A stretch of 64,000 bases of DNA from Gemmatimonadota bacterium (GCA_965116475.1 OZ220691.1:736001-800000); one strand, 5' to 3'; counted from the stretch's first letter, positions 39,353 to 48,710 are shown. The notes: generated from the letters alone by a model not told the origin. Program-made: numbers and translations.

Positions 39353-40509
39353 CACCGGAGCGCACCCCGGAGCGCACCCCTGAGCGCATCGTCGACCTGG
39401 GCCGCCGACTGCGCGGCGAAGGATTGGCCTGCGCGCTCTCCGAGTCCACGGCGGCCGCCGCGGCGCTTCCGCACCTCGATACGGAGGACGTGGAGGACGT
39501 CAGAGCGGGCCTCCGCGCGACATTCTGCTCGAGCGCCGCCGATCTCGAGATCTTCGAGCGCTGCTTCCTCGCGTGGTGGCGGGAGGGGCGGCCGTCCTCC
39601 GCCGTCGACGACCTCCTGTCGAAGGCCGCGGCGGACCGGGGAGACCGGCCCGCGGCCGGCGCGCCTTCCGGACCGGACGGGCTCGCGGCGGCGCACGGCG
39701 ACTTCGGAGCGCAAGAGCACGACGAGGCGGACGCCCGGGAACACCCGATCGGCGCCGTGTACAGCGCCGCCCACTCGCTCGCACGGCGCTCCTTCGCCTC
39801 GATCGGCGACGAGGAACTGCGCGAGGTCGACGCGTGGCTCGAACGGCTGATGGTGCGGCTGTCCTCGCGACGCAGCCGCCGACTCGAACCGGGCGGCCGG
39901 CGTGGGCCGATCGACGTGCGGAAGACGCTGCGGTCGCTCGTCGCCCACGAGGGCGAACTCGTCCGCCTGGCGCGGCGGCGGCGACGGCACGTGCCGCCGC
40001 AACTCGTCGTCCTCTGCGACGTGAGCGGCTCGATGGAGCGCTACAGCCGCTTCCTCCTCCGTTTCCTCCTGGGATGCGGGCGCGCGCGAGACATCCAGAC
40101 GTTCGCGTTCAGCACGCGGCTCACGCACCTCACGCCCTGGCTGGCCGGCGAAGAGATCGATCCCGCGCTGGACCGCCTGCGGGCCCGCGGCTGGTCGAGC
40201 GGCACGCGGATCGGCGAGTGCCTGGAGACTTTCGTGACCCGGCACGGCCAGCGGATGCTCGGCCGGCGGACGCTCGTCATCATCCTCTCCGACGGACTCG
40301 ACCAGGGCGAAGTCGAACCCCTCCGGCGCGCCATGGGCTGGATTCAGAGGCGCGCGCGGCGCGTGATCTGGTTGAATCCCCTGCTCGAGAGTTCGCGCTA
40401 CGCGCCCGAAGCCCGGGGCATGCGCACCGCGCTCCCGTACGTGGACTACTTCCAGTCGGGACACAGCCTCGAAGCGCTGAGAACGCTCCCGGGGCTGCTC
40501 AGATTGTGA
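39349..40509 (+). CDS. vWA domain protein, CoxE-like
   Basis: LCDVSGSMERY, FAFSTRLT, WSSGTRIG, LSDGLD, WLNPL; TTGA overlap with the ATPase gene. Confidence 0.88.
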   Translation: MTPERTPERTPERIVDLGRRLRGEGLACALSESTAAAAALPHLDTEDVEDVRAGLRATFCSSAADLEIFERCFLAWWREGRPSSAVDDLLSKAAADRGDRPAAGAPSGPDGLAAAHGDFGAQEHDEADAREHPIGAVYSAAHSLARRSFASIGDEELREVDAWLERLMVRLSSRRSRRLEPGGRRGPIDVRKTLRSLVAHEGELVRLARRRRRHVPPQLVVLCDVSGSMERYSRFLLRFLLGCGRARDIQTFAFSTRLTHLTPWLAGEEIDPALDRLRARGWSSGTRIGECLETFVTRHGQRMLGRRTLVIILSDGLDQGEVEPLRRAMGWIQRRARRVIWLNPLLESSRYAPEARGMRTALPYVDYFQSGHSLEALRTLPGLLRL

Positions 40510-40548
40510 CTGGAGAAGGAAGGGACGGAGTTGGAAGGCGGTCGCGAA

Positions 40549-40574
40549 CGGGACCCGGGCGATTCCGGGTCCCG
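40549..40574. terminator. Hairpin between convergent coxE-like and HU genes
   Basis: CGGGACCCGG-gcgatt-CCGGGTCCCG, perfect 10-bp stem; no clear U tract. Confidence 0.5.
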
Positions 40575-40587
40575 CCGCGCCATCGTG

Positions 40588-40881
40588 CTAGGCTCGAACG
40601 CGATCCTTGAGCCCCTTGCCCGCCTTGAACGTGGGGACGTTCATGGCCGCGATCTGAATCGACTCGCCGGTCTGCGGGTTCCGGCCCATGCGCGCCTTGC
40701 GGTGCCGGGTTCCGAACGTGCCGAAGCCGGTGACCGTGAAGTCGCGGCCGGCGTCAAGCTCGCCTGCAATGATGCCCGTGCCGGGATCCGTCGAGAAAAT
40801 GCAGTCGATCACATCCCGCGCGCTCGCTTTGCTCAAGCCGGCCTGCGAGGCGAGCTTCGCCGCGAAATCGTCTTTGGTCAT
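40588..40881 (-). CDS. hup: DNA-binding protein HU
   Basis: GFGTF, RKARMGRNPQTGE, VPTFKAGKGLKD. Confidence 0.93.
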   Translation of the reverse strand: MTKDDFAAKLASQAGLSKASARDVIDCIFSTDPGTGIIAGELDAGRDFTVTGFGTFGTRHRKARMGRNPQTGESIQIAAMNVPTFKAGKGLKDRVRA

Positions 40882-40993
40882 CCTGGGTTCTCCCTGTTGA
40901 AAGTAAGCTCCGACGAGCGATCCGGGCGCATAATTCGTGCACCATGACCGGATTGCAAGTGTGGCGCGGGATTTCGCCCGCGGAAGGGTGCGG

Positions 40994-41314
40994 CTAGTGG
41001 GCGTCCGCCGAGAAGATTTTCCGTGTCATCGTGACGCCCACGAGCTTGAAAACCACGTTCCCGATCCGGCCGAGCAGCATCGTGGGCAGGGCCGCCGGCA
41101 CGACGAGTCCCCACACGGTGCTCATGAATCCGCTCTCTCCGCCGAGGCCGCCGAGGGCCAGCCGCAGCACCGAGAAGATGCAGAGGAACACGACGAGATT
41201 CAGCAGGAGCCCCAGCGCCTGGCGGCCGGGCGAGCCGGTCTCCGCGTCGTAGACGCCGCCGAAGAAGACCGCAGCCACAAGCCAGAAGATGCAGGTTGCG
41301 TAGAGCCAGTCCAT
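40994..41314 (-). CDS. Small three-TM membrane protein, unknown function
   Basis: GGAGG before ATG 41314; three hydrophobic segments. Confidence 0.65.
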   Translation of the reverse strand: MDWLYATCIFWLVAAVFFGGVYDAETGSPGRQALGLLLNLVVFLCIFSVLRLALGGLGGESGFMSTVWGLVVPAALPTMLLGRIGNVVFKLVGVTMTRKIFSADAH

Positions 41315-41448
41315 CAATGGTGCCTCCGTGTCGGGAACGCGGGTCGGATCGGGGACGGGGGAACATACATGGCCTCCGGCGATCCTCGAAAGTAGCTTGC
41401 CCCCGCGGCTTTCGAACGCGGCTTCGTACGCTCCCCGGAGAGGGTTAC

Positions 41449-42552
41449 ATGAAAGCGCCTTCACTTACGCTCGGGATCGAAGAGGAATACCAGGTCGTCC
41501 ACCCGGAGACCGGCGAACTCACGTCGTTCATCACCGAGATTCTCGAAGGGGATCCGGAGACGCGCGACCAGATTCACCCGGAGCTTCACCAGGCCTGCGT
41601 GGAGACGGCAAGCGAGGTCTGCCGGGATGTGGGGGAGGCGCGCGAGGAGGTGCTGCGCATGCGCCGCCTCGTCAGCGCCAGGGTCGCCGAGAAGGGACTC
41701 GCCATCGTGGCCGCGGGCACGCATCCCTTCTCGACCTGGGAGCAGCAGGACATCACGCCGCTCGACCGCTACGTCGGATTGCGGGAGGACCTGCAGCAGG
41801 TCGCCGAACGGAACCTGATCTTCGGCACCCACATCCACGTGGGCATCGAGGACCGCGACTTCATGGTCGACGCGATGAACGTGTCGCGGTATTTCCTCCC
41901 CCACCTGCTCGCGCTCTCCACGAGTTCCCCGTTCTGGGAAGGATCGAAGACGGGGCTGCACTCCTACCGCAGCATCATCTGGCGGAATTTCCCGCGCACC
42001 GGCATCCCGATGAGCTTCGGAAGCTGGAACGAGTACGAGCACTTCATCGAGACGATGGTCCGCTCGAATACCATCCCGGATTCGAGCAAGATCTGGTGGG
42101 ACGTCCGTCCCAATCACAAGTTCCCGACGCTTGAATTCCGCGTATGCGACATGTGCACGCGCGTGGAGGAAGTCGTGTGCATCGCCGCCATCTTCCAGGG
42201 GATCGTGGCGAAGCTGTGGAAGCTGCGGCGGGACAACCTCACCTTCCGCCAGTACCCCGAGGTGCTGCTCGCCGAAAACAAGTGGCGCGCGGCCAGGTAC
42301 GGGCTGACCGGCAAGCTCATCGATTTCGGGCGGCAGAGCGAGCACCCCGCGTCGGACCTGATCATCGAAATCGTCGAGTGGTTTCTCGACGACGTGGTCG
42401 ACGAACTCGGCACCCGGGCGGAGGTGGAATACGCGCTCCGGATCATCCGGGAAGGGTCGAGTTCGCAGCGGCAAGTCGCCGTGTACGAGGAGACCGGCGA
42501 CGTGCGGGCCGTGGTCCGGCACCTCATGGCGGAGACGCTCGAAGGCGTCTGA
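41449..42552 (+). CDS. Carboxylate-amine ligase, YbdK/GCS2 family
   Basis: LTLGIEEEYQ, AAGTHPF, GTHIHVG, SSPFW, WWDVRP, TLEFRVCD, ENKWRAARYG. Confidence 0.92.
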   Translation: MKAPSLTLGIEEEYQVVHPETGELTSFITEILEGDPETRDQIHPELHQACVETASEVCRDVGEAREEVLRMRRLVSARVAEKGLAIVAAGTHPFSTWEQQDITPLDRYVGLREDLQQVAERNLIFGTHIHVGIEDRDFMVDAMNVSRYFLPHLLALSTSSPFWEGSKTGLHSYRSIIWRNFPRTGIPMSFGSWNEYEHFIETMVRSNTIPDSSKIWWDVRPNHKFPTLEFRVCDMCTRVEEVVCIAAIFQGIVAKLWKLRRDNLTFRQYPEVLLAENKWRAARYGLTGKLIDFGRQSEHPASDLIIEIVEWFLDDVVDELGTRAEVEYALRIIREGSSSQRQVAVYEETGDVRAVVRHLMAETLEGV

Positions 42553-42595
42553 GGGCCGCGCTCGCGCGGCGGCGCGGGCGGCGCTCGGAGCTCAG

Positions 42596-43996
42596 CTACA
42601 TCATGCCGAGCTCCCGCGCCGTGCGATCGATGCCCATGCGGGCCTTCGTCACGAGTTCGTCGATCTCGTCGCGGGTGATGGTGAGCGGCGGACTGGTGCA
42701 GATGACGTCGCGCATGGCGCGGAACACGACCCCCTCGTCGTAGAGGTGCTCGTGACAGAGGGCGCCCACCTCGCCCATGGGCTCGAACAGTTCCCGGTTC
42801 GCCTTGTCCTTCGAGAGTTCGACGCTGGCCACGAGTCCGACGCCCCGCACCTCGCCCACGAGCGGGTGATCGTTCAACTCCCTCAGCCGCGCCTGGAAGT
42901 AGGGTCCGGTGTCCTCCCTCACCCGGTCGACGACCCCCTCCTCTCTCATGATCCGGAGGTTCTCCAGGGCGACGGCCGCCGCGACGGGGTGGCCGGAATA
43001 GGTGTACCCGTGCGGGATCACGCCCCCTTCGGCCAGAACGCCGAACACCGCGCCGGTCATGAGCACGGCGGACATCGGGAGATAGCCGGAGGTGAGTCCC
43101 TTGGCGATCGTCATCAGGTCGGCCTCGATCCCGAACTTCTGCGCGCCGAACCACTCCCCCGTGCGGCCGAAGCCGGTGATCACTTCGTCGCAGACGATGA
43201 GCACGTCGTTCTCGCGGCAGATGCGCTGGATCTCGGGCCAGTAGTTGTCCGGCGGCACGATGACGCCTCCGGCGCCGATGACGGGCTCGCCGATGAACGC
43301 CGCCACGCGGTCCGCGCCGAGCTCCGCGATCTTCTCCTCCACGGCCCGCGCCGCCCGCGCGCCGGTCTCCTCCGGGGTCTCGTCGGGCGCCCCCATGGCG
43401 AACCAGTAGGGGGGCATGACGTGCTCGAAGCCGGGCAGCGGCAGGTCGCCCACCGCGTGCATGGCCTCGAAGCCGCCCAGGCTGGCGGCGGCCATCGTGC
43501 TGCCGTGATACGCGTAGGTGCGACTGATGAACGTCTTCTTTTCGGGCTTCCCGCGGAGATCCCAGTAGCGGCGGACGAGACGGACGATGGTGTCGTTCGC
43601 CTCGGAACCGGAACTCGAGAAGAAGGTGTGCGCGATCGGGCCCGGCGTGAGTTCCGCGAGGACGCGCGACAGCTCGATCGTGGCCGGGGGCGCGGAACGG
43701 AAGAACGTGTTGTAGTAGGGAAGCTCGACCATCTGGTCGTACGCGGCCCGCGCCAGTTCCTCCCGTCCGTAGCCGAGGTTGACGCACCACAGGCCGCCCA
43801 TGCCGTCGAGGATGCGCCGGCCGTCGGAGTCGATCAGGTGGCGGCCCTGCGCGCCCACGATCACGCGCGTCCCCTTCTCGGCCACGACCCGGGGGTCGAC
43901 GAAGGGGTGGACGTGATGGCGTCGGTCGAGGTCCTGCCATAGAGCCGTTGCGGTTCCGGCGGGGTTCGCCGTGGCGGGGTTCGTCGTGGCGGTCAC
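42596..43996 (-). CDS. Class III omega-aminotransferase (SpuC/putrescine- or beta-alanine-pyruvate type)
   Basis: DGMGGLWC, SSGSEAND, YHGST, EPVIGAGG, DEVITGFGRTG, IAKGLTSGY. Confidence 0.9.
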   Translation of the reverse strand: MTATTNPATANPAGTATALWQDLDRRHHVHPFVDPRVVAEKGTRVIVGAQGRHLIDSDGRRILDGMGGLWCVNLGYGREELARAAYDQMVELPYYNTFFRSAPPATIELSRVLAELTPGPIAHTFFSSSGSEANDTIVRLVRRYWDLRGKPEKKTFISRTYAYHGSTMAAASLGGFEAMHAVGDLPLPGFEHVMPPYWFAMGAPDETPEETGARAARAVEEKIAELGADRVAAFIGEPVIGAGGVIVPPDNYWPEIQRICRENDVLIVCDEVITGFGRTGEWFGAQKFGIEADLMTIAKGLTSGYLPMSAVLMTGAVFGVLAEGGVIPHGYTYSGHPVAAAVALENLRIMREEGVVDRVREDTGPYFQARLRELNDHPLVGEVRGVGLVASVELSKDKANRELFEPMGEVGALCHEHLYDEGVVFRAMRDVICTSPPLTITRDEIDELVTKARMGIDRTARELGMM

Positions 43997-45321
43997 GCGG
44001 CGCCTCCTGGTGTAGTGTCGCAAGAATCCCGCGGCCCTTCGAGCGGGGCGGACAACATATCAGCCGACGGTGGCTCGACGAGCCCGAGCGCCGCGTGGAG
44101 GAGGACGTTGGCGCCCGCCTCCGCCTGTGCCGGCGTGATGTTCTCCGCCTCGTTGTGGCTGATGCCGCCTTCGCAGGGGACGAAGATCATCCCCGTCGGG
44201 GCGACATCGTTGGTGTGCACGGAGTCATGTCCGGCGCCGGCTGCCATCTGCATGGCGGAATAGCCGCAGAGATCCGCCGCCGCGCCGACGGCGTCGATGC
44301 AGCGGCCGGAGAACCGCACCGGTGGAGAGCGCCACACGTCATCGAGCCGCCATGCCGCTCCGCGTTCGATACAGGCCTGCTTCGCCGCCTCGCGCAGGCA
44401 CGCTTCCATGTCGTCGAGGGTCGAATCGTCGGGGTGGCGGAGGTCCACGCTGACCGTCACGCCTCCGGGCACGGTGTTCCGCGAGGCCGGCTCCGCCGCC
44501 AGGACGCCGAAGGTCAGGCGTCCGCGCGGCGCGAAGTCGCCTTCGATGCGGCGAAACGCGTCGACGAGAAACCGGCCGAGCACCGCCACCGGATCCGTCC
44601 GCCGCGACATCGGCGTCGACCCGGCGTGCGCTTCCTCTCCCTCGATCGCCAGGTCGAACCAGCGGGCGCCCTGCACCCCGGTCACGACGCCGATCTCGCA
44701 TCCGTTCTCCTCCAGAATCGGGCCCTGCTCGATATGCAGCTCGAGCGCGGCGGCGAGCGGACGGCCTCCGACCGGGAGAGCGCCGCGATAGCCGATGCGG
44801 TCGATGGCGTCGGACACCGTCACGCCGTCCGCGTCCGTCGCGCCGAGTGCGTCGGCGAGATCGAAGCGGGCCGAAAACACGCCCGAGCCCATCATGGCGG
44901 GCGGAAACCGCGCGCCTTCCTCGTTCGTCCAGTTCACCACTTCGATCGGGCGAGCCGTCCGCACCCCGTGCTCCTCGAGCGTTTCCACGACCTCCAGCGC
45001 CGCGAGCACGCCGAGCGGCCCGTCGAACCGGCCCCCCGTGGGCTGGCTGTCGAGGTGGCTCCCGAGCACGAGAGGGGCTAGACGATCGGCGGCGGCATCC
45101 GTCCCGTCCCGCCGGGCGAACATGTTGCCGATCCCGTCGACCGACACCGCGAGGCCCAGCGACTCGGCCCACGCCCGGAAGAGATCGCGCGCCCGACGGT
45201 CCTCGTCGCTCAGGGCCAGCCGGTGGACGCCCCCGGCCGGAGTGGCCCCGATGCGCGCCATCTCCTCGAGGCGTCCCCACAGCCGGTCCCCGTTCACCCG
45301 GAGTTCCGAAATCGCGGTCAC
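43993..45321 (-). CDS. M20 Zn amidohydrolase (N-carbamoyl-amino acid hydrolase / beta-ureidopropionase family)
   Basis: GSHLDSQPTGGRFDG, NEEGARF, ELHIEQGP, AHAG, GAGHD, GGISHNEAE. Confidence 0.9.
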   Translation of the reverse strand: MTAISELRVNGDRLWGRLEEMARIGATPAGGVHRLALSDEDRRARDLFRAWAESLGLAVSVDGIGNMFARRDGTDAAADRLAPLVLGSHLDSQPTGGRFDGPLGVLAALEVVETLEEHGVRTARPIEVVNWTNEEGARFPPAMMGSGVFSARFDLADALGATDADGVTVSDAIDRIGYRGALPVGGRPLAAALELHIEQGPILEENGCEIGVVTGVQGARWFDLAIEGEEAHAGSTPMSRRTDPVAVLGRFLVDAFRRIEGDFAPRGRLTFGVLAAEPASRNTVPGGVTVSVDLRHPDDSTLDDMEACLREAAKQACIERGAAWRLDDVWRSPPVRFSGRCIDAVGAAADLCGYSAMQMAAGAGHDSVHTNDVAPTGMIFVPCEGGISHNEAENITPAQAEAGANVLLHAALGLVEPPSADMLSAPLEGPRDSCDTTPGGAA

Positions 45322-45349
45322 GGCCCGGGGTTCGCCAGCGAGCGTCTCA

Positions 45350-46294
45350 TCAATGGGCCGGCGGTGGCGTACCGGTGAGGACGGCCGTGACGAGGAGGAG
45401 CAGACCCGCCGCGCCCAGTTCGACGGTGACCGTCGGTGGGAGACGGGGCGGATCTCCGGCGTCCGCGACCCGGCCGGGAGCGCGCCGCCAGTTGTAGGCG
45501 CCGCAGCCCGCGATGCCGAGGATGACGAGGAGCTTCAGGCTCAGCGTCCGGCCGTAGGGCTCGCTCCAGAGCGCCGAGACCGCCCCGAGGTGGAGCCACG
45601 CCGCGAAGAGTCCGGTGACCGCGATGACCGCCGCCGAGCCCAGCGCGAGCGGCGAGAAGGCCGAGATCCACTCGACGACGCGGCGCCTCGAGATCGAAGC
45701 TCCCCGGCGCCGGCCGAGCACCAGGACGGCGGCCATCACGGCCAGCGTGCCCAGCCACGCGCCGCCCGCCACCATGTGGAAGATGTCGGCGGTAATCGCC
45801 GGGGTGACGAAGTGTTCGGCGCCGGCCGCATGCCCGGCCAACGCCGGCGTGTACGCGAGGAGCGCCACCCCCGCCATGGCCGCGATCCAGCCGAATTCCG
45901 CCCGCGGGCCCCGCGCGGCGGCGAGGGCGAAGGCAAGCCCGGAGAGCACGACCGCCGTGACCTGAGCGAGCCACGCGCGACCCCAGGACGTCCCGGTCAC
46001 GAGCAGGCGGACTTCCGCCCCCAGCGGCTCGAACGGATCGCGAAAGACGCTCACTTCCGCCGCGAGGCGACCCAGGGCGCCCGCCCCCGCGAGCAGTACG
46101 GCGAGACCGCCGATCCGCGCGGCCAGCCGCTCGGGCCCCACGCCGACGGCATCATCATCCTCCTCGGAGTCGAACCCGGGGAAGCGCCTGAGGACGACCA
46201 GCTTGAAGGCCACGGCCCCCACCGCGCCGAGCAAACCGGTGAACAGCGCCCAGCGCGAGAGCGTTCCGATCAGGAACCACAGTTCGGTAACCAA
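45350..46294 (-). CDS. CopD-family copper resistance/uptake membrane protein
   Basis: About 8 TMs; TSWGRAW, LAGHA, HMVAGGAWLG, FSPLA, YGRTLSLK, VELG. Start uncertain. Confidence 0.8.
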   Translation of the reverse strand: MVTELWFLIGTLSRWALFTGLLGAVGAVAFKLVVLRRFPGFDSEEDDDAVGVGPERLAARIGGLAVLLAGAGALGRLAAEVSVFRDPFEPLGAEVRLLVTGTSWGRAWLAQVTAVVLSGLAFALAAARGPRAEFGWIAAMAGVALLAYTPALAGHAAGAEHFVTPAITADIFHMVAGGAWLGTLAVMAAVLVLGRRRGASISRRRVVEWISAFSPLALGSAAVIAVTGLFAAWLHLGAVSALWSEPYGRTLSLKLLVILGIAGCGAYNWRRAPGRVADAGDPPRLPPTVTVELGAAGLLLLVTAVLTGTPPPAH

Positions 46295-46295
46295 A

Positions 46296-46370
46296 TGGGC
46301 GAAGAGGGATTCGAACCCCCGACCTCCTGCTTGTAAGGCAGGCGCTCTGAACCGGCTGAGCTATTCGCCC
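46296..46370 (-). tRNA. tRNA-Val (anticodon TAC), CCA not encoded
   Basis: Minus strand GGGCGAA-TAGCTCAG...CCTGC-CT-TAC-AA-GCAGG...GGGGG-TTCGAAT-CCCTC-TTCGCCC-A; full cloverleaf. Confidence 0.96.
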
Positions 46371-46448
46371 CGAATCGTGGCCGCCCGCACGGCGCAAGCC
46401 TCGGCCGGCCCGTCGCCATCGGCCCAGCCGGCCTCCGCGGAACTGTTG

Positions 46449-46673
46449 CTAGCCGAGCTTGCGCCAGCCGAGGATCAGTCCGGCGGGCAGGAACACCGCA
46501 TAGCCCAGAATGAGCAGGAGCGGCGCGGCCGTCACGGACCCGCGGTCGAGCAGCACGTACCCGGCGGCGATCGACGTGAGGCCGAGCGCGAACGCCGCGT
46601 AGTTGGCCACTCCGAACTGGAGCCCCCGGGCGGGGGCGCTCCCGCTCCGCCGGTCGCGTCTTCCCTGGTTCAT
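46449..46673 (-). CDS. Small two-TM membrane protein (DUF3098-like)
   Basis: FGVANY...IAAGYVLL...TAAPLLLILGY pattern. Confidence 0.7.
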   Translation of the reverse strand: MNQGRRDRRSGSAPARGLQFGVANYAAFALGLTSIAAGYVLLDRGSVTAAPLLLILGYAVFLPAGLILGWRKLG

Positions 46674-46679
46674 GCGGAA

Positions 46680-46708
46680 ACGCTAGACGTCCCTCCGACA
46701 TGCGTCAA
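46680..46708 (-). promoter_or_regulatory. Sigma70-type promoter TTGACG-17-TAGCGT, 6 nt before ATG (leaderless)
   Basis: -35 at 46708-46703, -10 at 46685-46680, ATG at 46673. Confidence 0.62.
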
Positions 46709-46746
46709 CCATCGCGGCGGCGCGTTTGCGGCGCCCCCGGTGCGCC

Positions 46747-47748
46747 TCACGAGGTCGCCCGGGCCCATTCCCCGGCCTCCAGGAGCGGCGGGGGCAGCGG
46801 CGAGGCGAAGGAGAGCGTCTCGCCGGTCCCGGGGTGCTCGAACGCGAGGTGCGCGGCGTGCAGGAAGAGTCGCCCCGCCCGGCGGCGAAGCGCCTCCGCC
46901 CAGCGCCCCCCCGCGCCGCCGAACCCCCGTTCCCAGTCCGGCCCGTAGACGGGGTCCGCGACGACCGGGTGTCCGAGCGACCGGAGGTGTACGCGAATCT
47001 GGTGCGTCCTCCCCGTGGCGAGCCGCACGGCAAGCAGTTCCGCGGCGTTCCAGCGTTCGAGGCGCTTGAAGTGCGTCACCGCGGGCCGGCCGGCCTCGTG
47101 CACGGCCATCCGCTTCCGGTCGCGCGGGTCGCGCCCGATCGGACGGTCCACCGTGAAGCGCTCCTCGTCGAGGTGTCCCCAGGCGGCGGCGACATACCCG
47201 CGCTCGATCTCACGGCTGCGGAGTGCCGCGGACAGTGCGCGATGCGCCTCGTCCCTCCGCGCAACGAGCATGAGCCCGCTCGTGTCCTTGTCCAGCCGGT
47301 GCACGATCCCGGGCCGGCGGTCCCCTCCGATGCTCGACAGGCCGCCGAGGTGGAAGAGGAGGGCGTTGACCAGCGTGCCGTCCGGATGGCCGGGCGCGGG
47401 GTGGACGACGAGTCCGGCCGGTTTCTCGACCACCGCCAGGTCGTCATCCGCGTATCGGATCTCTACCGGGATGTCTTCGGGCTCCAGCCGGGTGGAGACC
47501 GGGGGCGGCAGTTCGATTTCGATCCGGTCTCCCGCCCGCGGCCGATACCGCTTCCGCACCGCCCGCCCGCCGACGGTCACCCGGCCCTCGGAGATGAGTT
47601 GCGCGACCCGGGACCGGCTCAGCGAAAGGCGTTCGGCCAGTAGTCGGTCGAGCCGGCCGAGCCGGTCGAGGGCCGCGTCCTCGCCCTCGCCGATCTCGAT
47701 GAGCCGCCGCTCCCCCGCGCCCTCCGCGCCGGATTCGGGCGGATTCAC
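46747..47748 (-). CDS. rluD: RluA-family pseudouridine synthase (RluD-like, S4 domain)
   Basis: RLDRLL, KPAGLVVHP, HRLDKDTSG, TGRTHQIRVH, LHA. Confidence 0.9.
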   Translation of the reverse strand: MNPPESGAEGAGERRLIEIGEGEDAALDRLGRLDRLLAERLSLSRSRVAQLISEGRVTVGGRAVRKRYRPRAGDRIEIELPPPVSTRLEPEDIPVEIRYADDDLAVVEKPAGLVVHPAPGHPDGTLVNALLFHLGGLSSIGGDRRPGIVHRLDKDTSGLMLVARRDEAHRALSAALRSREIERGYVAAAWGHLDEERFTVDRPIGRDPRDRKRMAVHEAGRPAVTHFKRLERWNAAELLAVRLATGRTHQIRVHLRSLGHPVVADPVYGPDWERGFGGAGGRWAEALRRRAGRLFLHAAHLAFEHPGTGETLSFASPLPPPLLEAGEWARATS

Positions 47749-47749
47749 T

Positions 47750-48340
47750 TCACTCGGGGGCCGCCTCCGCCGCGGCGGCCGCCATCTCTCTCTCGCGCCG
47801 CCCCTCGAGCCAGAACGAGATCAGCAACAGCACGGCGCCGACCGTTACGGCGGAATCCGCGATGTTGAAGATGGGGAAACGGTGCGTGCCGATGCCGAAG
47901 TCGAGGAAGTCCACAACCCCTGCTTCCAGCCGGATGCGGTCCCAGATGTTGCCGAGCGCGCCGGCGGAGACGAGCGAGATGGCGAGGACGCGCAGCCGGT
48001 CGGAGGACGGCGTGCCGCGATAGAGGACGCCGAGCACGCCGAGCGCGACCAGGGAGAGGATGAGAAAGAAGATCCGGGAATGTTCGCCGATGTTGAGCCC
48101 GAACGCGGCGCCGCGGTTGTGCGTGTAGGTGAAGCGAAAGAAGTCGCCGATCACCGGCGTGCGCTCATACAACTCGAACGTGTTCATGACCCACGCCTTG
48201 GTCGCGATGTCCAGCGCGAGGATGACGACGATCGGAACGAGCGTCAGCCAGAGCCGGGCGGCCAGATCGCCGTTGCCCGGCAGGGCGGGCGGTTCGTGTT
48301 CGGGGGTGGCGCCGTCCCCGCCTCCGGAGGCTTCAGGCAC
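47750..48340 (-). CDS. lspA: Lipoprotein signal peptidase II
   Basis: DIATK, NRGAAFG, GALGNIWDR, VVDF, FNIADS. Confidence 0.94.
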   Translation of the reverse strand: MPEASGGGDGATPEHEPPALPGNGDLAARLWLTLVPIVVILALDIATKAWVMNTFELYERTPVIGDFFRFTYTHNRGAAFGLNIGEHSRIFFLILSLVALGVLGVLYRGTPSSDRLRVLAISLVSAGALGNIWDRIRLEAGVVDFLDFGIGTHRFPIFNIADSAVTVGAVLLLISFWLEGRREREMAAAAAEAAPE

Positions 48341-48710
48341 CCGTCTCCTCCTTCTCCTTGCACCGGATGCAGAGCCGCGCGTGCGGGAGGGCGTCGAGCC
48401 GCTCGAAGCTGAGCTCGTCGCCGCAGTGCTCGCACTTCCCGAACTGCTCCGGGTTCCGATAGAGCCGCCGCAGCGCCTCGTCGATGTGGTAGAGCAGCCG
48501 ACCTTCCTTGCTCGCGAACAGGAACGCCTTCTCGCGCTCCATGGCGTCCGTCCCCTGGTCCGCCATGTGGAAGCTGTACGCGGCCAGATCGCTGTCCGCC
48601 CCCTGTAGAGAACTCGTGAACTCGTCGTCGTACTGGCCGAGCTCCCGCGTCGCGCGCGACCGGGCCTCGAGCAGCCTCTTCTTGATGTGCTTTCGCTGTT
48701 CGGCGTTCAT
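48333..48710 (-). CDS. DksA/TraR family C4 zinc-finger protein
   Basis: Coiled coil with HMADQGTD tip; CEHC...RLDALPHARLCIRC. Confidence 0.9.
   Translation of the reverse strand: MNAEQRKHIKKRLLEARSRATRELGQYDDEFTSSLQGADSDLAAYSFHMADQGTDAMEREKAFLFASKEGRLLYHIDEALRRLYRNPEQFGKCEHCGDELSFERLDALPHARLCIRCKEKEETGA

Noticed and set aside
37924..40509. 861-aa ORF suggesting a long fusion protein
   Set aside because: Only the part from 39349 is CoxE-like; the upstream part is an off-frame overlap with the coxG- and coxD-like genes.
46296..46370. tRNA-Val as the attachment site of an intact genomic island
   Set aside because: No integrase, and I found no duplicated tRNA 3' end within the window by eye.
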